Assembly: GCA_963707695.1 (NCBI GenBank)
Contig: CAVPQY010000005.1
Coordinates: forward strand, 100,050 to 164,049
Direction: 5' to 3'
Length of the DNA stretch: 64,000 bases
Origin: an uncultured Actinomycetes bacterium
Lineage (GTDB): Bacteria; Actinomycetota; Thermoleophilia; Solirubrobacterales; Solirubrobacteraceae
Below, one piece after another: positions 40,472-48,850 of the stretch. The position numbers and the translations under genes were made by a program. The notes below the pieces were generated by a model. It was not told the origin of the DNA. It saw only the letters and a program-made list of their open reading frames with translations, and made no database searches. How positions within the stretch are numbered: position 1 is the stretch's first letter; each line of letters opens with the position of its first letter.

Positions 40472-41731
40472 GTGCAGACGACCATGGGCATCGCCACCGA
40501 CCTGCGGCTCGAGGACGTCGACCTCGCCGACCACGACAACTTCGTCGAGCGCGTCCCGCACGAGATGTTCGCGCTCCTGCGCCGCGAGGACCCCGTGTTC
40601 TTCCAGCACGAGGCCGACGGTCCGGGCTTCTGGTGCATCACGCGCTACGACGACATCAACGCCGTGCACCGCGACTGGGAGACGTTCTCGTCCGAGACCG
40701 GCGGGACGTCGCTGCAGGACCTGCGCCCCGACGAGATCGAGGCGCGCAAGTCGATGATCGACATGGACCCCCCGCGCCACAACCAGCTGCGCGCGCTGGT
40801 GGCCAAGGGCTTCACGCCGCGGGCGGTCCGGGCCTACGAGCTGAAGATCCGCGAGCTCATCGACGGCATCCTCGACGACGCGCTGCCGCTCGGCGAGTTC
40901 GACTTCGTCGAGCACGTCGCCGCCGAGCTGCCGATGCGGGTGTTCGCCGAGATGCTCGGCGCCCCGCAGGAGGACCGGCGCCACATCGTCGACCTCGGTG
41001 ACCGCCTTCTGGGCAACACCGACCCCGAGTTCGCCACGCCCGAGGAGCTCGAGCGCCACCGTCACCTGCCCTTCTCGTCACCCGTCGCGCTCGAGATGTT
41101 CGAGTACGGCCGCAAGCTCGCCGCCGACCGGCGCGAGCACCCGCGCGACGACATCGTCACGAAGCTCGTGCAGGCGCAGATCGACGGCGAGCCGCTGACC
41201 CAGCGCGAGTTCGACGTCTACTTCCTCCTGCTGGCCACGGCCGGCAACGAGACCACGCGCCACACGATCTCCAGCGGCCTGGTGGCGCTCATGGAGTTCC
41301 CCGAGCAGCTCGACCGCCTGCGGCGCGAGCCCGACCTGCACGCGACCGCGGCCGAGGAGATGCTGCGCTGGGCCACGCCCGTGCACCACTTCCGCCGAAC
41401 CTCCACGAAGGACGTCCAGTTCGGCGGCAAGCTCATCCGCCGCGGCGACAAGGTCGTGACGTGGTTCACGTCGGGCAACCGCGACGAGGACTACTTCCCC
41501 GACGGCGACCGCTTCGACGTCGCGCGTGCCCCGAACCCGCACCTCACCTTCGGCCCGGGCGGCGTGCACTTCTGCATGGGCGCGCACCTCGCGCGGCTCG
41601 AGGTGCGCATCGCCTTCGAGGAGCTGCTCCCGCGGGTCCGGTCGATCGAGCCGGCCGGCCCGCACGAGCGCCTGCGGTCGAACTTCTTCAACGGCATCAA
41701 GCGGCTCCCCGTGCGGGTGGAGGCGTCCTGA
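40472..41731 (+). CDS. Cytochrome P450
   Basis: Track ORF 40472..41731 (GTG directly after the GS-like stop, alternative ATG 40484). The I-helix is LLLATAGNETTRH. It has ExxR (EEMLRW) and the heme loop FGPGGVHFCMGAHLAR. Confidence 0.9.
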   Translation: MQTTMGIATDLRLEDVDLADHDNFVERVPHEMFALLRREDPVFFQHEADGPGFWCITRYDDINAVHRDWETFSSETGGTSLQDLRPDEIEARKSMIDMDPPRHNQLRALVAKGFTPRAVRAYELKIRELIDGILDDALPLGEFDFVEHVAAELPMRVFAEMLGAPQEDRRHIVDLGDRLLGNTDPEFATPEELERHRHLPFSSPVALEMFEYGRKLAADRREHPRDDIVTKLVQAQIDGEPLTQREFDVYFLLLATAGNETTRHTISSGLVALMEFPEQLDRLRREPDLHATAAEEMLRWATPVHHFRRTSTKDVQFGGKLIRRGDKVVTWFTSGNRDEDYFPDGDRFDVARAPNPHLTFGPGGVHFCMGAHLARLEVRIAFEELLPRVRSIEPAGPHERLRSNFFNGIKRLPVRVEAS

Positions 41732-42393
41732 GGCGCGACCTCGACGTCGTCACCGTCGTCGACCGGGCCTACGCCGCCCTGCGCGAGCGGATCCTCTCCG
41801 GCGACCTGCCGCACCACGCCAAGCTGCGCCAGGAGGACCTCGCGGCCGAGCTCGGCGTGTCGCGCACGCCGGTGCGCGAGGCGCTCGGGCGCCTGGCGGC
41901 GGACGGGCTCGTCGAGCTGCTGCCCAACCGGGGCGCGCGCGTCGCCGACATCAGCCCCGAGGACATGCGCGCGTCCTACGAGGCGCGCCTCCTCGTCGAG
42001 CCGGCCGCCGCCGGCCTGGCGGCCGCGCGCCGTGACCCGCGCGCGCTCGCGGCGATGCGCGCCGCGGTGGCGGCCCACCGCGCCTGCGCCGGTGACGTCC
42101 GGGCCGCCTTCGGCGCCAACCGCGACTTCCACGTCGCGCTCGTCGCGGGAGCGGGCAACCCGTTCCTGGGGCGGTTCGTCGAGGGCCTGTGGGCGCGCCG
42201 CGTCGGGCTGCGGATCTACGAGGCCCAGCGCGAGTCCCCGGACCTCATCGCGCTCGACGCCGACCAGCACGAGGCGATCGCCGACGCGGTCGCCCGGGGT
42301 GCCGCCGACGAGGCGGAGCGGCTCACGCGCGAGCACATCGGCGGGGCCATGCGGGTGCTGCTCGAGGCCCTCGGCGACGACGCCGCGGCATGA
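41728..42393 (+). CDS. GntR-family regulator, FadR subfamily (wHTH + FCD domain); start codon unresolved
   Basis: Frame of track ORF 41461..42393. It reads AYAALRERILSGDLPHHAKLRQEDLAAELGVSRTPVREALGRLAADGLVELLPNRGARVA, then an FCD-like helical domain. No ATG/GTG/TTG lies between the P450 stop and the HTH, so I placed the start at CTG 41728, which overlaps the P450 TGA. Confidence 0.7.
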   Translation: MRRDLDVVTVVDRAYAALRERILSGDLPHHAKLRQEDLAAELGVSRTPVREALGRLAADGLVELLPNRGARVADISPEDMRASYEARLLVEPAAAGLAAARRDPRALAAMRAAVAAHRACAGDVRAAFGANRDFHVALVAGAGNPFLGRFVEGLWARRVGLRIYEAQRESPDLIALDADQHEAIADAVARGAADEAERLTREHIGGAMRVLLEALGDDAAA

Positions 42394-43472
42394 GCGAGCT
42401 GCGCAAGCGCCCCGACCTCGTCGTCCACGAGCGCGAGCCCCTCAACGCCGAGACGCCACGCGCGGTCCTGGGCGCCGCGTCGCTGACGCCCACCGACGCG
42501 TTCTTCGTGCGCGACCACGGCCCGGTGCCCGGAGCCCGGTCCGACTGGCGCGTCGAGGTCGGCGGGCTCGTCGACGCGCCGCTGTCGCTCGGCCTCGACG
42601 ACCTGCAGAACGGGCGCTTCGCGCGTCGCGAGGTCGCGGCGACGCTCCAGTGCGCGGGCAACCGGCGGGCCGCGCTGCTGGCGGTGGGCGACGTCCCCGG
42701 CGAGGCGCCCTGGGGCCCGGGCGCGACCGGGACCGCCGTCTGGGGCGGCGTCGCGCTCGCCGACGTGCTGCGCGCCGCCGCGCCGCGGGCGGCCGCCGCG
42801 CACGTGGCCGCCGTCGGCGCCGACCGCTCCCAGGAGGCCCGGCCGCCGCAGCCCTTCGGCGCCTCCATCCCGCTGCGCAAGGCCCTGGGTGACGAGGTCC
42901 TCCTCGCCTGGGAGATGAACGGCGCCCCGCTGCCCGCCGCGCACGGCGCCCCCGTGCGGCTCGTGGTCCCGGGGTGGATCGGCGCGCGCAGCGTCAAGTG
43001 GCTACGGCGGATCGAGCTGCGCGAGCGGCCCTTCGACGGCTGGTTCCAGGACGTCGCCTACCGCCTGCTCGCGCCCGGCGAGGAGCCCGGGCCCGGCGTC
43101 GGCGTCGCCCTGGGCGAGGTGGCGCTGAACGCCGACGTGCTCGTCCCGGGCGACGGCGCGACGGTCGGCCCGGGCCCGTTCGGGGTGCGCGGGTACGCCT
43201 ACGCGGGTGGTGACCGCACGGTCGCGCGGGTCGAGGTCTCGTCCGACGGCGGGCGCTCGTGGCGCCGGGCCGAGCTGCTCGAGGACCTCGGCCGGTGGGC
43301 GTGGCGGCTGTGGCGCACCGAGCTCGAGCTCCCGGCGGGCGACCACGAGGTCGTCGTGCGGGCGTGGGACAGCGCGGCGGCGACCCAGCCCGAGCGTCCC
43401 GAGACCGTGTGGAACCCCAAGGGCTACGTCAACAACGCCTGGGGGCGGATCTCCGTGCGGGTGGCGCCGTGA
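42390..43472 (+). CDS. Sulfite oxidase-family molybdopterin oxidoreductase
   Basis: Track ORF 42189..43472 from ATG 42390 (ATGA overlap with the gntR stop). It reads PLNAETP, FFVRDHGPVP, the Mo-ligand motif TLQCAGNRR, MNGAPLPAAHGAPVRLVVPGWIGARSVKWL, and the dimerisation domain GYAYAGGDRTVARVEVSSDGGRSW. Confidence 0.85.
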   Translation: MSELRKRPDLVVHEREPLNAETPRAVLGAASLTPTDAFFVRDHGPVPGARSDWRVEVGGLVDAPLSLGLDDLQNGRFARREVAATLQCAGNRRAALLAVGDVPGEAPWGPGATGTAVWGGVALADVLRAAAPRAAAAHVAAVGADRSQEARPPQPFGASIPLRKALGDEVLLAWEMNGAPLPAAHGAPVRLVVPGWIGARSVKWLRRIELRERPFDGWFQDVAYRLLAPGEEPGPGVGVALGEVALNADVLVPGDGATVGPGPFGVRGYAYAGGDRTVARVEVSSDGGRSWRRAELLEDLGRWAWRLWRTELELPAGDHEVVVRAWDSAAATQPERPETVWNPKGYVNNAWGRISVRVAP

Positions 43473-43882
43473 GCGGGGACGACCCACGGGCGGCCGGGTC
43501 GGGCGGCCGAGGGCCGTACGACCCCGAGCGGCCCCTCGACCCGCGCGACTACAGCCGCCGCACGCTCCTGGCCAACGAGCGGACCTTCCTGGCCTGGTGG
43601 CGCACGGGGCTGGCCGCGCTCACCGTCGGGCTGGCGTGCGCGCGGATCATCCCCATCGTGGGCGAGGTCCGGGCGCAGTGGCCGTACACCGTGATCGGCG
43701 TGCTGTTCGCGGCGCTGGGCATCGTGTGCCTCGTCTACGGCGAGCGCCGCCGCCGGGCGGTCGACGCGGCCGTGCGGCGGGCGGACTACGTCGATCCCGA
43801 CGACCGCCTGCTGCTCCTGCTCACGGTGCTCGCCGCGCTGGCCGGCCTCGGCCTCGTCGTGGTCTTCCTCGTCGACGCCTGA
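43469..43882 (+). CDS. DUF202 (YidH-like) membrane protein
   Basis: Tail of track ORF 43259..43882 from GTG 43469 (GTGA overlap). It reads LANERTFLAWWRTGLAALTVGLA and has two further TM helices. Confidence 0.7.
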   Translation: MSGDDPRAAGSGGRGPYDPERPLDPRDYSRRTLLANERTFLAWWRTGLAALTVGLACARIIPIVGEVRAQWPYTVIGVLFAALGIVCLVYGERRRRAVDAAVRRADYVDPDDRLLLLLTVLAALAGLGLVVVFLVDA

Positions 43883-43964
43883 GGGCGACCGATGAGTCCC
43901 GGGCCGCCTCGCCGTCTGTGGGGGCATGGGCGTGCGCGCAGCGGAGGGGCCGGGACCGGTGGGG

Positions 43965-43986
43965 GAGGTGCGGCTCGCCGCACCTC
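43965..43986 (+). terminator. Perfect 9-bp hairpin after the DUF202 gene
   Basis: GAGGTGCGG-ctcg-CCGCACCTC. There is no T-tract. Confidence 0.4.
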
Positions 43987-44026
43987 GTGACGCCGGGTAC
44001 CGGCCGGGCCGGCGGACCCCCGGATC

Positions 44027-45271
44027 GTGAGACTCAAGCGCATGGCAGTCTCCGTCGCATCCGCGCACCTGGCCCCGGCCCCCGACGCCCCGGCGCTGCC
44101 CCTCGAGGGCATCGACGTTCCGGCGTTGGCCCGCCGCGCGGCCGTGCCCGCGGCGCTTGCCGCCGCCGCAGCCGCGGCGCTCGTGGTCGCCGGCGGTCCG
44201 CTGCATGCCTTCCTCGACGCCATCGACCGCGCCGTGCAGGCCGACCCGCGCTGGGTCATCGCCGCCGGCGTCTTCGAGCTCCTCTCCTTCGTCGGCTACA
44301 TCGGCCTCTTCTGGATGGTCGGGTCGCGGGCGACGTCGCGCCTCGGCGTGCGCGCGAGCGCCTACATCACGCTCGGCGGCGCGGGCGCCACGCGGCTGCT
44401 GCCGACCGCCGGCGTCGGCGGCGCGGCCCTGACGCTCTGGAGCCTGCGGCGCGCCGGCCTGGGCACGCGCGGGGCGACGAGCACGCTGCTGAGCTTCCTC
44501 GTCCTGCAGTACGCCGTCTTCCTCGGCGCGCTGGTCGTCGCGGGCGGTCTCCTCGCCGTCGGCGTCTCGGGCCACGCGCCCCTCGGCATCAGCGCGGTGC
44601 CGGCCGGCGCGGCGGCGCTCGCGATCGCCGCCGCGCTCGTCTTCGCGGCCCGGCGCCCCGCGCCGGCGGCGGAGCTCGCCGCCGACGCCTCCCGCGCCAC
44701 CCGGGTCCGCGGCCGCCTGCGCGAGGCGCGCGGCGTCGTCGGCGCCGGCGTGCGCGACGGCATCGCCCTCCTGCGGTCCGGCGACGTGCGCCTGCTCGGC
44801 GCCCCCGCCTACTGGGCCTTCGACGCGGCCGTCCTCTGGGCGATGCTCCAGGCGTTCGGCGCGGCCCCCGCGTTCGCCGTCGTCGTCCTGGCCTACTTCG
44901 TCGGCCAGGTCGGCAACACCCTGCCCATCCCGGGCGCCGTGAGCGGCGGGATGGCCGGCGTGCTGATCGCGTGCGGCGTGCCCGCGGACCTCGCCCTCGT
45001 CTCCGTGCTGGCCTACCGCTCCATCGCGATCTGGCTGCCGGCGCCGGTCGGCCTGGCCGCCCTGCGCCCGCTGCGCCGCACCGTCGCCGCGTGGGCGCGC
45101 GAGGACCAGGCCGGCACCGTCGAGCCCGCGACCGAGGTCGTCGCCCCCGAGGTCGTCGCCCCCGAGCTGGTCGCGCCCGAGCTGGTCGCGCCCGAGCTGG
45201 TCGCGCCCGAGCTGGTGGTGTCGGCCCCCCGCGTCGTGCGCGAGCGCGACGCCCTCGCGCTCGCCGCCTAG
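44027..45271 (+). CDS. Lysylphosphatidylglycerol-synthase-TM-region (UPF0104, flippase-like) membrane protein with a C-terminal pentapeptide repeat tail
   Basis: Track ORF 44027..45271. It has multiple TM helices and reads YFVGQVGNTLPIPGAVSGGMAGVLIACGV...VLAYRSIAIWLPAPVG. The tail is (E/A)VVAPEVVAPELVAPELVAPELVAPELV. Confidence 0.7.
   Translation: MRLKRMAVSVASAHLAPAPDAPALPLEGIDVPALARRAAVPAALAAAAAAALVVAGGPLHAFLDAIDRAVQADPRWVIAAGVFELLSFVGYIGLFWMVGSRATSRLGVRASAYITLGGAGATRLLPTAGVGGAALTLWSLRRAGLGTRGATSTLLSFLVLQYAVFLGALVVAGGLLAVGVSGHAPLGISAVPAGAAALAIAAALVFAARRPAPAAELAADASRATRVRGRLREARGVVGAGVRDGIALLRSGDVRLLGAPAYWAFDAAVLWAMLQAFGAAPAFAVVVLAYFVGQVGNTLPIPGAVSGGMAGVLIACGVPADLALVSVLAYRSIAIWLPAPVGLAALRPLRRTVAAWAREDQAGTVEPATEVVAPEVVAPELVAPELVAPELVAPELVVSAPRVVRERDALALAA
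45134..45220 (+). repeat. 15-nt tandem repeat, about 6 copies (GAGSTSGTCGCSCCC), coding for VVAPE/LVAPE
   Basis: The direct reading is gaggtcgtcgccccc x2, then gagctggtcgcgccc x3, plus a partial copy. Confidence 0.85.
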
Positions 45272-45487
45272 GCGGCGAGCCGCCCGTTCGGACGGCGCAC
45301 CGCAGCGGCCGCGGCCCGAGCTGCGCGTGCCGCGCCGGACCGCGCGACGCAGGATGGTCGCACGGGGGCCGGGCGGCCCATCGGCGTCCCCGGCGCCCCG
45401 CCCGCACCGCCGGCCGGAGGAGGACCGTCATCGGGTCCGGGGGGCTGCCGCACCCTCGTGGCGGCGTCTCGGTGCCAGCCTCCTCGC

Positions 45488-46051
45488 ATGCCCTTCACCC
45501 GTCCCGCCCTCGTGGACCTGCGCCCGCTCGACGCGCGCGACGGCGCGGCGTTCGCCACGTTCGTCGACGGGCTGAGCGCCGAGTCGCGAAGCCGCCGCTT
45601 CCTCGGGCCGAAGCCCCGGCTGACCGCCAAGGAGCTCGCGTACCTCACCGACGTCGACGGGGTCACCCACGGCGCCTTCGCCGCGATCGACCCGCGCACC
45701 GGCGCGATCGTGGGCGAGGCCCGCTACGCGCCGTGGCCCGGCCGCCCGTCGGTGGCCGACCTCGCGGTGACGGTGGCCGACGAGCTCCAGCGCCGCGGGA
45801 TCGGCACGGCCCTCGCCGTCGCCACGGTGGAGGCGGCGCGCGCGAACGGCGTGCGCACCCTGACCGCGAGCACGCTCTGGGAGAACGTGCCGGCCCGGGC
45901 GCTCCTGCGTGGCCTCGGCTTCCGCCCCACCGGCAGCGGCGACGGCGTCGTCGAGCTCGAGCTCGACCTCGCGACCGCGGCCTCCCGCCCGGGCGTCGTG
46001 GCCCGAGTGCCGGCCGCCTCGCTGCCCGCGGTGGCGGCGGGCGCGGCCTGA
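45488..46051 (+). CDS. GNAT-family acetyltransferase
   Basis: Track ORF 45458..46051 from ATG 45488. It reads VADLAVTVADELQRRGIGTALAVATVEAARANGVRTLTASTLWENVPARALLRGLGF. Confidence 0.75.
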   Translation: MPFTRPALVDLRPLDARDGAAFATFVDGLSAESRSRRFLGPKPRLTAKELAYLTDVDGVTHGAFAAIDPRTGAIVGEARYAPWPGRPSVADLAVTVADELQRRGIGTALAVATVEAARANGVRTLTASTLWENVPARALLRGLGFRPTGSGDGVVELELDLATAASRPGVVARVPAASLPAVAAGAA

Positions 46052-46095
46052 GCGGTGGCGCCGGGCATGTGGGACCCTCGGCCAGGGAGGATCCC

Positions 46096-46773
46096 GTGAC
46101 CGACGCCCTGCGCCCCGGACCGCTGCGGACCGCCGGCCACCTCGCGGTGGCGCTGCGGCGCAGCACGGCGCTGCGCCGCCGGCGCTGGACGCTCTGCGCG
46201 GCGCTCGTCGTCGCCGGCGTCGTCCTGGGCGGGCCGGGCGGGGTGCTGCTCGGCCTGACCGCCGCGGTGCTGGCGCTCGACGCGCTCATCCCCATGCCGG
46301 GGACCACGGTGGGCGAGGCCGACGACCGCTTCTGGCGGCTCGTGCGGCAGCGCGCCCGGGTGCGCCGGTGGCGGCGCCTGCGCCGACTGCCGCCGGAGGC
46401 GCTCGAGCTCGTCGACGACCGCCACGGCCCTCTGTCGGTCGCGGCGCGCCGGGACCTCGGGGTCCTGCCGATCCCCCTCCGCTCGATCACCGGCACCGTC
46501 GAGGGGGCCAAGGCGGCGAGCTTCGACGGTGCCTTCCGGCCCGACCCGTCGTCGCGCGCCCGCTGGGTCCGGCTGTGGCTCGCGCAGGCCCACGACGCCC
46601 CGCTGCCGCCGATCAGCGTCTTCCGCGTCGCGGGCGACCACGTCGTGCGCGACGGGCACCACCGGGTCTCCGTCGCCCGTGACCACGGGCGGCCCACGAT
46701 CGACGCCGAGGTCGTCGAGCTCGTGCCCCGCTCTCGCGGCGGCCGGCCGCCCGGGCCGCCGCCGGCGGGCTAG
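46096..46773 (+). CDS. Membrane-associated protein with a C-terminal ParB/sulfiredoxin-like nuclease domain
   Basis: Tail of track ORF 43207..46773 from GTG 46096 (SD-like GGGAGGA upstream). The TM segments are LCAALVVAGVVLGGPGGVLLGLTAAVLAL. The C-terminus reads PPISVFRVAGDHVVRDGHHRVSVARDHGRPTIDAEVVEL (DGHHR motif). Confidence 0.6.
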   Translation: MTDALRPGPLRTAGHLAVALRRSTALRRRRWTLCAALVVAGVVLGGPGGVLLGLTAAVLALDALIPMPGTTVGEADDRFWRLVRQRARVRRWRRLRRLPPEALELVDDRHGPLSVAARRDLGVLPIPLRSITGTVEGAKAASFDGAFRPDPSSRARWVRLWLAQAHDAPLPPISVFRVAGDHVVRDGHHRVSVARDHGRPTIDAEVVELVPRSRGGRPPGPPPAG

Positions 46774-46782
46774 GTTGGGGCG

Positions 46783-47592
46783 GTGCTCCCCCCGGTCGTC
46801 GAGGCCGCCGACGTGCGCCGGCGCGCGGACGTCGTGCTCGCCGACGTGCGCTGGTACCTCGACGGGCGCTCCGGCCGCGCGGCCTACGACGCGGGCCACC
46901 TGCCCGGGGCGGTCTTCGTCGACCTCGACGCCTGGCTCGCCGCGCCGCCCGGTGCGGCCGGGCGCCACCCGCTGCCCGACCCGGCGACGTTCGCGCGCGG
47001 GATGGCCGGGCTCGGCGTCGGGGACGACGACGCCGTCGTGGCCTACGACGACGCGGGCGGCGTCGTCGCGGCGCGGCTCGTGTGGATGCTGCGCGCCACC
47101 GGCCGCGACGCCGCGCTGCTCGACGGCGGCCTCGCCGCCTGGGACGGCCCGCTCGAGACCGCGACGCCACCGCGGCCGCGGGCGCGCTTCACGGCGGTGC
47201 CGTGGCCGGACGCGCTCCTGGCCTCGATCGGCGAGGTGGCCGGAGGGCGCGCCGTCCTGCTCGACGCGCGCGAGCGCGCGCGCCACCTGGGCCTGGAGGA
47301 GCCCGTCGACCCGCGCGCCGGGCACATCCCGGGCGCGCTCAGCCTGCCGGCCGGCGAGCTCCTCGACGACGCCGGGCGCCTCCTCGCGGCCGCGGACCTG
47401 CGGGCCCGCTTCGCGGCCGCCGGCGTGGAGGACGCCACCGCGGTCGTCGCGTCGTGCGGCTCGGGGGTGACCGCCTGCCACACCCTGCTGGCGCTCGAGC
47501 ACGCCGGGCTGGGCCGGGGCCGCTTGTTCCCGGGGTCGTTCTCGCAGTGGAGCCGCGACCCGGCGCGGCCGGTCGCGACCGGCGAGGGCTAG
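46783..47592 (+). CDS. sseA: Tandem-rhodanese sulfurtransferase (thiosulfate/3-mercaptopyruvate sulfurtransferase)
   Basis: Track ORF 46783..47592. It reads YDAGHLPGAVFVD, RHPLP, GHIPGAL, the active-site loop VVASCGSGVTAC, and FPGSFSQW. Confidence 0.8.
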   Translation: MLPPVVEAADVRRRADVVLADVRWYLDGRSGRAAYDAGHLPGAVFVDLDAWLAAPPGAAGRHPLPDPATFARGMAGLGVGDDDAVVAYDDAGGVVAARLVWMLRATGRDAALLDGGLAAWDGPLETATPPRPRARFTAVPWPDALLASIGEVAGGRAVLLDARERARHLGLEEPVDPRAGHIPGALSLPAGELLDDAGRLLAAADLRARFAAAGVEDATAVVASCGSGVTACHTLLALEHAGLGRGRLFPGSFSQWSRDPARPVATGEG

Positions 47593-47885
47593 GGCCGGCG
47601 CGCCACGACGCGGACCTCGACGCGGGCGGGCCGCGTCGGGTCGCCGAGGGAGAGGAAGTCGCGCACCCGCGCGGCGTGCGCGCAGAAGGGGCAGGCCATC
47701 GCGTCGGCCGGCGCGGCGCCACCGGGCGGGAGCGCGACCGGCGCGTCGCAGGCCGGGCAGGCGAGGGTCCCCCGGGCGACCGGGGCCGTCCGGCCGACCC
47801 GGCGCAGCTCGCGCTCGCCGCCGAGGTCGCCGACGCGGTCGGGACCGACGGGCTCGGGACCGCCCAGGCCACGGTGCAGGCTCAC
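47589..47885 (-). CDS. Hypothetical small zinc-ribbon-like protein
   Basis: Tail of track ORF 47589..48821 from GTG 47885. It reads ...GTLACPACDAPVALPPGGAAPADAMACPFCAHAARVRDF... (CPxC...CPxC). There is no clear RBS. Confidence 0.3.
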   Translation of the reverse strand: MSLHRGLGGPEPVGPDRVGDLGGERELRRVGRTAPVARGTLACPACDAPVALPPGGAAPADAMACPFCAHAARVRDFLSLGDPTRPARVEVRVVARRP

Positions 47886-48017
47886 GGACAGGAGTCTAGG
47901 CCGCCGTTGGCCGCTCCTCACCGGCCGCTCGCCGCGCTGCCGTGGCCGCGAGCGCAACTCCGGGTCGGGGTGGCCGGTTGGGGCCTGCGTACCCCGACCA
48001 AGGAGCAGTCCCTCCCC

Positions 48018-48704
48018 ATGCCCTCCCGTCTCTCCCGCCTGCGCGCCCGGCTGAGCTTCGCCAACGTGACGTCCGCCGTCGCCCTGTTCATCGCGCTCGG
48101 CGGCACGAGCTACGCCGCCGTCAGCGTCGGCTCCGCCGAGATCCGCACCGACGCCGTCGGCGCGTCCGAGCTCCGCCGCGACGCGGTCGGCGCCTCGGAG
48201 ATCCGCCGCAACGCGGTCGGCACGTCGGAGGTCCGCACGAACGGCGTCGGCAAGTCCGAGATCAAGACCGGCGCGGTCGGCCGCGCCGAGCTCGGCGCCG
48301 ACACGGTCTTCTCCTCCGAGCTCGCCCCGGGCTCCGTCGGCTCGGACGAGCTGCGCGACGGCCAGGTCGCCCTGGCGGACCTCTCGACGGAGGCGCGGAC
48401 GGCGCTGACCCAGGCCGATCGGGCGATGGTGAGCTCGGGCGGCGCGCTCGCCGGCGGGACCGCCAAGCTCGCCACCCGCACCGCGACGGGCACCTACACG
48501 GTGACCTTCGCGCGGGACGTGAGCGCCTGCACCTACACGGCGACGCTCGCCGGCGTGAAGAGCGGGACGACGGTCGAGCAGCCCGCCGCGGGCAGCGTCA
48601 CGGTCGCCCCCGCGACGAGCCCGGCGACCGACGTCGTGGTGAAGACCTACGACGCGACCGGGACCGCCGCCGACGGCCCGTTCCACGTCCTGGCGACCTG
48701 CTGA
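48018..48704 (+). CDS. N-terminally anchored/secreted protein with seven 10-aa tandem repeats
   Basis: Tail of track ORF 47082..48704 from ATG 48018 (AAGGAG upstream). The anchor is [24 protein letters not shown]. The repeats are [71 protein letters not shown] beta-rich C-terminal domain ends in C. Confidence 0.65.
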   Translation: MPSRLSRLRARLSFANVTSAVALFIALGGTSYAAVSVGSAEIRTDAVGASELRRDAVGASEIRRNAVGTSEVRTNGVGKSEIKTGAVGRAELGADTVFSSELAPGSVGSDELRDGQVALADLSTEARTALTQADRAMVSSGGALAGGTAKLATRTATGTYTVTFARDVSACTYTATLAGVKSGTTVEQPAAGSVTVAPATSPATDVVVKTYDATGTAADGPFHVLATC

Positions 48705-48714
48705 CGAGCGGTGC

Positions 48715-48813
48715 GGCGGGGTGGCGCTCCGGCGCCGCCCCGGCCACCGGCGGGGTGGCGCTTCGGCGCCGCCCCGGCCACCGGCGGGGTGGCGCTCCGG
48801 CGCGGTTCCACCC
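48715..48813 (+). repeat. 34-bp tandem direct repeat (2.9 copies); each unit forms a GC hairpin
   Basis: The unit is GGCGGGGTGGCGCT(C/T)CGGCGCCGCCCCGGCCACC, at 48715-48748 and 48749-48782, with a partial copy at 48783-48813. The stem within each unit is GGGGTGGCGC / GCGCCGCCCC (one G-T pair) with a T(C/T)CG loop. Confidence 0.8.
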
Positions 48814-48850
48814 GCGTGCAACGTGTGGCGACGCTCCTAGACTGGAGAGC

